Positions 35,497 to 40,996 of a stretch of 40,996 nt of DNA are shown in pieces; positions within the stretch are counted from its first letter, which is position 1, and each line of letters starts with the position of its first letter. The notes under the pieces are model-generated. The model was not told where the DNA came from and made no database searches. It was given only the letters and a program-made list of their open reading frames with translations. Source of the DNA: a virus (lineage: Duplodnaviria; Caudoviricetes). Location of the stretch: positions 1-40,996 of IMG/VR virus record IMGVR_UViG_3300002092_000087; one strand, written 5' to 3'. The position numbers were made by a program, and so were the translations under genes.

Positions 35497-36017
35497 TAGT
35501 ACACTCCCATCCATACTGGAAAGTTAGGGTCTCCGCCTTCAAACATAACCCAGACACCCTGGCTAATGTTAGGCACTTTTCGGTGGTACGTATGCTCAGC
35601 TGGAGTGTCTCCAAGTTCTGAGCCGTCTTTATCTAAAAGGTCCGTCGATTCAACATGTGCATGGGTAAGCTCACCGCTATTCCCCGAATGAGCAGCGTGA
35701 GAAAGTGTTTGAGTAGCACTAAAGGTATGCGTATGCGCTGAAGGCCCACTTAAGCCGCTAGAGGTTGTGCCAGAAACTGAAACGCTGTGGCTTGTATGAG
35801 TATTCAAAAGGGCAGCCACTTCAGAAGCAAGGTGAGGAAGATGGTCTGGGTGGTTAGCGTTATCTGTTACAGGTAAACATGGGTAAGCCCAGTTGGTGAC
35901 GTTAGTATGTAGTACTTGTGGAACTTTAAGACGAATTCGGTTAAGTTGTTCTGGGTCTTCGTTATCAATACAAACTCCTCTGTATATACCAAAGTACTTG
36001 TTATCTAAAACGTTCAT
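35496..36017 (-). CDS. gp5/gpV/VgrG-type OB-fold spike protein with His-rich insertion
   Basis: GIYRGVCIDNEDP..RIRLKVPQV..WAYPC ... P..QGVWVMFEGGDPNFPVWMG. Confidence 0.85.
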   Translation of the reverse strand: MNVLDNKYFGIYRGVCIDNEDPEQLNRIRLKVPQVLHTNVTNWAYPCLPVTDNANHPDHLPHLASEVAALLNTHTSHSVSVSGTTSSGLSGPSAHTHTFSATQTLSHAAHSGNSGELTHAHVESTDLLDKDGSELGDTPAEHTYHRKVPNISQGVWVMFEGGDPNFPVWMGVY

Positions 36018-37327
36018 TTTCCTGCCAATTTCTTATTAAGTACTACAAATGGCATTTTCTTATCAGGCACAGCTGGTTTGCGAACATTACCAGACGTACC
36101 TACCCATTTGTGAGATGGCGTGGATTTTACTATTGCCTTAGGCATATTTTTTACAGCAGATACGTGCGCTGAAGCGTTTTTACGGATAGTTGTTCCAGCT
36201 TTTTTAAGAGAAGTCTTTGGAACAATATTTTTTTGACGAACTCCTGGAGTAATCACTCTTTTTACAGATGCTTCTGGAGCCACAACATCTTTATTGTCTG
36301 TCCATTTACCCGCTAAACCTAAAGAGTCTGTGCCTATTTCTATTGTAGTAGTAAAAACTTCGCGCTCTAAGTAGTGATTAACACTAAGCACGGTCCAAAA
36401 ACCTGAGTACGACGGTCCAAGTCCGTCTAAATAAACAGGCGCATCAGGCAAAAGAGTGGGGCTTCCTTGAAGTGTAGCTGTGCCTCTATAGGCATAACGA
36501 TTACGTTCATCTGCAGCGTCGGATTCAAACTTAGCAATTTGAAATGTAGGAGCCACTACACTGGTTTGATAGGTGTCAAAAACAAGAGGGCTAACTGTAG
36601 TTCTAGTTGTCGTAATCATCTTTTGATTGGTATTTACGTGGTCTACAGCAGTTTCTCTATTAACTCCGCCAATAGCCACAGATGCTTTTTTAATGTTTTC
36701 ATATGGAATTGAATCGCCAATTAATGGCTTAAAAGAGTAAATGCCAGTTTTTTTAGTGTCCAAACCGTTCATTTTGTAATAAGCTGCTTGAGCGCGTAAG
36801 TCAGTAAACTCTTGAGTCAAAGGCTGAAACATAATAGTTGTGTTATCAGCTTTTAATGAGTAACCATTCTGCTTAGCTAAATCTACCAATAGCTCCCAAT
36901 CAGACCTACCTGCTTGAGATATTTGGTCGTATACACGTTGAGTAGGGACAGCGTTATATGAAAATCCGTTTTTTGTTGCAACATCAGCTACTACTTGGTC
37001 AGCAGTTACATCTACCCATACTTGCTGTGATTCCTGTTTAAGTAAATAGGAAGCTCCAATTATTGTTACTTCTACAAAGTTTTTTTCTGGTGAAATGTCT
37101 GGTTGAATATGGTGAATATAGCCATTGATTGTTCGAGAGCTTCCGACCCCAGATAGATTTACTGTAACTGGAGTTCCAGAAGTCATTGATTGGTATTGAA
37201 CAGCCCAGTCTGAAAAGTAAACTTTAATTATTTCATGTTCGTAACGAGCATGGCTATGATTAAATTCTGCCGATTTACTTAGCGGCATATCAAGGGTAGG
37301 AAACTGTATATCAAGGTAATTAAACAC
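36014..37327 (-). CDS. Baseplate hub (gpD/gp27-like)
   Basis: QISQAGRSDWELL..LA..GY; G.P.L.P...LDGLG..SGFW.V.SV.H. Confidence 0.82.
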   Translation of the reverse strand: MFNYLDIQFPTLDMPLSKSAEFNHSHARYEHEIIKVYFSDWAVQYQSMTSGTPVTVNLSGVGSSRTINGYIHHIQPDISPEKNFVEVTIIGASYLLKQESQQVWVDVTADQVVADVATKNGFSYNAVPTQRVYDQISQAGRSDWELLVDLAKQNGYSLKADNTTIMFQPLTQEFTDLRAQAAYYKMNGLDTKKTGIYSFKPLIGDSIPYENIKKASVAIGGVNRETAVDHVNTNQKMITTTRTTVSPLVFDTYQTSVVAPTFQIAKFESDAADERNRYAYRGTATLQGSPTLLPDAPVYLDGLGPSYSGFWTVLSVNHYLEREVFTTTIEIGTDSLGLAGKWTDNKDVVAPEASVKRVITPGVRQKNIVPKTSLKKAGTTIRKNASAHVSAVKNMPKAIVKSTPSHKWVGTSGNVRKPAVPDKKMPFVVLNKKLAGK

Positions 37328-37598
37328 GAGGAACCTTTAATACAGTTCCAGCTGGAATATTGGCAAAGTCTGAAATGTTTGTGTTGTATTCGGGAATAAG
37401 CCACCAAAGGTCTGGTCGGTAGTAGTACTTGTATGCAATTTGGTCTAAGCGCTCTCCCTCAGCGTATACGTGTTCAAACCATGAGGTGTTTCCAGGGGTA
37501 TCAAACTCATAATAAACAATAGGGTAATTATCGCCTTCAGGGTAAAAAGCAATGTAATCAATAAGTTGAGTATAGTAGCGTGATGTTTGGTAAATCAT
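37320..37598 (-). CDS. LysM/gpX-like baseplate protein
   Basis: GERLDQIAYKYY..PDLWWLI..N....IPAGTVLKVP. Confidence 0.85.
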   Translation of the reverse strand: MIYQTSRYYTQLIDYIAFYPEGDNYPIVYYEFDTPGNTSWFEHVYAEGERLDQIAYKYYYRPDLWWLIPEYNTNISDFANIPAGTVLKVPRV

Positions 37599-38827
37599 TG
37601 TCCCGCCCAGTTTGTTTGGTCAGTACCAAAGTTAGTAGACGTAAATGCTGTTCCAGTGCGTAAATCTATAGATAGAGTTACATCTGTACGAATAGGAATC
37701 ATTTCACGGGTAAACGCTAAATGAGAAACATTTACACTTTGAATCATTCCAACAAGTCTTTGTGGGCCTAAATCAAGACGAATAATTGTTGGGAGCAAAA
37801 AACTAATATTTGAAGTTGTTGTTCCCCATGTACTCTTGTATCCATCACCATTTATAGTTTTGTACAAAAATTCAAGGTCAGCTTCTGTTCCTCGTTTAAG
37901 AAGGTCAGTAATTTTTGCTTCCATGTTGTTAGCAAAATCAAGACTGCTTCCTGGTGCTTGCCCTTTAGCATAGTACTTAGCAAGAGCTGTTATATTCATA
38001 TAATTTCTTGCTTCGTCTGCAGCATTAGTTACTTTGGTATACATTGATTTTGCCGCGGCAAAATCATTAGTACGGTCAATACGAAGAGTTAAATCAATAG
38101 TAGAGTTTGCTGTAACGAGGCCAGTAAGCATAGCTGTAGCATCATTTTGGCTAGGAGTAATACCCCAGTTGACAGAAGTGTTTTGAGTAAATGTTTCTGG
38201 ATTCCAAAGGAACTGAAAACCGTAGTTACTATTGTAATTACCTACAGTGTTAGCTTTCTTTCCTGTTTTTGCGTCTGTAGTTGATGTGGTTCCATTGTAT
38301 TTTCTAGCCAAGAATATACGTCCACGACGGTTACTATGTAAAGCATTAGCGTCACTTGGTTGGCTTACTGTAGTAGAAACAGAACCTGGGTCTACAGGAA
38401 GGCTCCATTCATGCGGAGGAAGATTCCAACTGTAAGTTGAATCTGGGTCAGATTGAATTGGTATTACAGGGGGGTTTGAAGCCGCCGTTATTACATTGTT
38501 TCCACCTCTAGTTTTTAAAGGGTCGTCTTTTCTTTTTCTGTGGTACCCCTCCACAGGGGTTTTATTTTTGTTAACGTTATCTGGGTTTTGATTGAGCCAT
38601 TTTACTGCGCCAACAGCAGCCATAGTTACATCTTCAACAACAAAACCTAGCTTTGAAGGCGCTTTGACGATAGCTGTAGCTGTTGTGTGAAGAGCATTAG
38701 CAGGGTGAATAACAAGCGCATTTTCAAGGTGCCCTACAAAACGAGTTAGACGACTACCTGTGTTAGTAGGTACAGTCTTAATACCTGTTGAGGTTCTTTT
38801 ATTAGCTGGGCTATGTGTACTTGCCAT
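37595..38827 (-). CDS. Tail tube initiator-like protein with basic N-terminal extension
   Basis: YGFQFLWNP, IDRTND, G.IQSVNVSH..F...MIP; position between the tape measure and LysM genes. Confidence 0.65.
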   Translation of the reverse strand: MASTHSPANKRTSTGIKTVPTNTGSRLTRFVGHLENALVIHPANALHTTATAIVKAPSKLGFVVEDVTMAAVGAVKWLNQNPDNVNKNKTPVEGYHRKRKDDPLKTRGGNNVITAASNPPVIPIQSDPDSTYSWNLPPHEWSLPVDPGSVSTTVSQPSDANALHSNRRGRIFLARKYNGTTSTTDAKTGKKANTVGNYNSNYGFQFLWNPETFTQNTSVNWGITPSQNDATAMLTGLVTANSTIDLTLRIDRTNDFAAAKSMYTKVTNAADEARNYMNITALAKYYAKGQAPGSSLDFANNMEAKITDLLKRGTEADLEFLYKTINGDGYKSTWGTTTSNISFLLPTIIRLDLGPQRLVGMIQSVNVSHLAFTREMIPIRTDVTLSIDLRTGTAFTSTNFGTDQTNWAGQ

Positions 38828-40995
38828 TATTTGGTTGCCACCTTATTGTTGATAGAAAGTGATTTAAGCTCGTCTTTGACAGCTTTAGCAATGTCTTTTG
38901 CAGTGGCTTGTGCTCCGTGGGGTACCTTAACTTCTACAGTGACTCCGCCGTAATTAATAACATTTTGAGCGGAACCGCTTGTATGTTCCAGTGTACCAGT
39001 TTTAGAATTAATAAACATGTACTTTTGATGAGAACCAAAACTAGAAGAAGAGCCTTGAGCACCCGTATTATCTCCAAACCCAAGACCAGAACTAGAGGCA
39101 TTTCCTCCAGACATAGCGTCTTTAGGAGTACTTCCACGAAGCTCATTTACTGTTACTTGTGAAGCAGCTGCCTCTAAACCGTAATTTCCAGTGCCTTTGT
39201 AACCACTAGCAGCATGCATAATGTTATTGATGCCTGTGGTACCTGTTTTATGGCTTAATACTCGTGAACAACTTGTCACTGAGCGAAGATTAACACCAGT
39301 GCGTTTTACTACATCCCCTGTGTGAGGAGCTTCAATCATTAACCCATTACCCATGTAAATAGCAACGTGGTGAGCAGGCTGCCCCCAGAAAAGAAGGTCC
39401 CCAGGTTGTGCCTGCATAGGGTCGACCTGGACTCCAGTCTTTTGTTGTTCCTGTGCTGTACGAGGTAGCACAACTCCTACTTTAGCCATTACAAAACGGG
39501 TAAAAGAAGAGCAGTCAAACCCATAGGTATCACTTCCACTTCCCATACCTTTTGTAGGACCAGAAAGACTTCCGCCACCCCAAGAATAAGGAACACCTTG
39601 TTGTGTAAGAGCAATTCCTACAGCCATGTTTCCAGCAGCTAAGTTTGCGCCCCCTGTAGACGGCCCAGAAATACTTGCGCCCTGTCCGTTACCAGAACTT
39701 CCTCTGTGAAGACCACTAATAACTTTTTGTGCAACAGTTGGTGCAAGAAGACCCGCTAAGAACACTGCACCAGCAGTAATAGGTCCAGACAGACCAGCCG
39801 TTTCAACTCCCCCCACAGCTTCTGCTGCAACACCAGCTTCCCCAGCAGCCACCGCTGCAGTTCCAGCACGTGCAGCAAAGAATCCACCAACTTTACCAAG
39901 CAAACTTTTACCAGCAGATAAAAGGCCTCCCCCAATACCAGCAGCGCCAAGCACAGAAAGAATACTAAGTGCAGACTTTCCAATATTATCTGCAGCTAAA
40001 GTTTCTGCTTTAGCCAATTGCTTCACTGCATCATTAGCAAACTTACTAGTTTGTAGTGTATTTTCCATGCTCTTGTTGAATCTAACAAGAAGGTTAGATG
40101 CTTCAATAAAGCCTTTTGACATAGAAGGCGCAGCAGCTCCTTGTACACCAAGTTGAGCTGCAAAAAGGTCTGACTGCGCTCCTTGAGCAGCAGTTGTAGC
40201 GCCTGTTCTATTAGTAGAGGCGCGAGTTAAATCCCCGCCTTTAGCAAACTGTTGAGCGGCTAGTTGAAGAGCATTTCTAAGGTCTGAATTTCCTGCAGCA
40301 GCAGCGTCAAGAAAGTTTGATAAACCGTTTCCAGGTTGAAGTCCGATAGCAACTTCTTGAGGAGTTAGTTTCTTTCCAACTTGAGCAGATGCAAAATTAT
40401 AAATGTCTTTAAACACTTCTGAGGCGGGACGAGCTGCCCCATTAGAGCCACGAACGTTGATACCAAACATACGCAGGTTATTAACGCTTTGAGCACTATT
40501 AAGACCAACAGCAGCACGCATAGCGCTAGATGCGCTACCAGTTAAGTTAGACAGCTGTGAAACTCCGTTAAGAACTCCGCCGTAACCAGGTAGGGCTCCT
40601 ACTAATCCGCCTTGTGCTCCACTTTGAATGGCTTGAAGAACATCAGTAGGACTTGTTGCTTGACCGCCACGCATAGCTGCTTGAGCAGCTGCTATTGGGT
40701 TGGCAACGCCAGAGAATCGTGCTTGAGAGGTAAGTAGCTGAGTACCAAGAACTTCTTGTACTCCTGGAAGAGCTTGAGAGGCACCTGCACCAACACCCAC
40801 AATTGTTGCGCCAATTTTTCCAATAGTTCCGAGTACACCGCTAAAAGTTCCAGATGTAGTAAGGTTTCCTGCTCCACCGCCAGACCCTCCGCCAGCACCC
40901 ATCGTAGGCATACCAAATGCTTTAAGAATGGCATTAGCTTTTTGTAAAGTTACGTCAAGCTCTTTATTAAACTTTTGTTGCTTGCTAATGTTTGT
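38827..40995 (-). CDS. Tape measure protein with NlpC/P60 peptidoglycan hydrolase domain (5'-truncated)
   Basis: Ala/Gly-rich helical body; GVPYSWGG, GFDCSS, PRTA..Q, PGDLLF, HVAIY; frame open to the window end. Confidence 0.85.
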   Translation of the reverse strand, partial: TNISKQQKFNKELDVTLQKANAILKAFGMPTMGAGGGSGGGAGNLTTSGTFSGVLGTIGKIGATIVGVGAGASQALPGVQEVLGTQLLTSQARFSGVANPIAAAQAAMRGGQATSPTDVLQAIQSGAQGGLVGALPGYGGVLNGVSQLSNLTGSASSAMRAAVGLNSAQSVNNLRMFGINVRGSNGAARPASEVFKDIYNFASAQVGKKLTPQEVAIGLQPGNGLSNFLDAAAAGNSDLRNALQLAAQQFAKGGDLTRASTNRTGATTAAQGAQSDLFAAQLGVQGAAAPSMSKGFIEASNLLVRFNKSMENTLQTSKFANDAVKQLAKAETLAADNIGKSALSILSVLGAAGIGGGLLSAGKSLLGKVGGFFAARAGTAAVAAGEAGVAAEAVGGVETAGLSGPITAGAVFLAGLLAPTVAQKVISGLHRGSSGNGQGASISGPSTGGANLAAGNMAVGIALTQQGVPYSWGGGSLSGPTKGMGSGSDTYGFDCSSFTRFVMAKVGVVLPRTAQEQQKTGVQVDPMQAQPGDLLFWGQPAHHVAIYMGNGLMIEAPHTGDVVKRTGVNLRSVTSCSRVLSHKTGTTGINNIMHAASGYKGTGNYGLEAAASQVTVNELRGSTPKDAMSGGNASSSGLGFGDNTGAQGSSSSFGSHQKYMFINSKTGTLEHTSGSAQNVINYGGVTVEVKVPHGAQATAKDIAKAVKDELKSLSINNKVATK

Positions 40996-40996
40996 G

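Noticed and set aside
1-40996. tRNA genes, inteins, introns, integrase, stop-codon recoding
   Set aside because: No cloverleaf seen in the short gaps; RNR, PolA, DnaB and RecA are normal length and uninterrupted; TAA, TAG and TGA all act as stops

Overview
Gene-dense fragment of a contractile-tailed (myovirus-type) dsDNA phage genome. The host is most likely an actinobacterium, inferred from WhiB, an FmdB-type Zn ribbon and many leaderless -10-only promoters. GC looks moderate-low by eye (roughly low 40s %), which would fit freshwater Actinobacteria. Bases 1-1528 hold four plus-strand genes, including a secreted subtilisin, ending at a bidirectional terminator. Almost everything else is on the minus strand. 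Read in transcription order it contains: (1) a tail/baseplate module (tape measure with NlpC/P60, hub, spike, wedge, J, tail proteins); (2) a full replisome (HTH initiator, DnaC-like loader, DnaB, primase, dNMP kinase, SNF2 helicase, SSB-like protein, family A polymerase); (3) a recombination block (RecA, two resolvase-like nucleases, Cas4-like exonuclease, WhiB); (4) SpoVS and a metallophosphoesterase; (5) an array of about 12 translationally coupled small hydrophilic ORFs; (6) a nucleotidyltransferase / degenerate HAD / degenerate TGT-like operon; (7) a class II ribonucleotide reductase. The only plus-strand gene inside this block is an HNH endonuclease. The most striking unexplained signal is the 7964-11033 array. 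Nine otherwise unrelated microproteins carry one of three recurring N-terminal tags (DRxxDx(x)R x4, PxxSQFP x2, M[GP]R[NS]xxDF x3), and two of the tags alternate strictly. Other notable signals are two probable ATT start codons, a spike OB-fold with a 13-His insertion, and two RNA structures positioned to hide Shine-Dalgarno sites. All functional calls come from motif recognition by eye; no searches were run.
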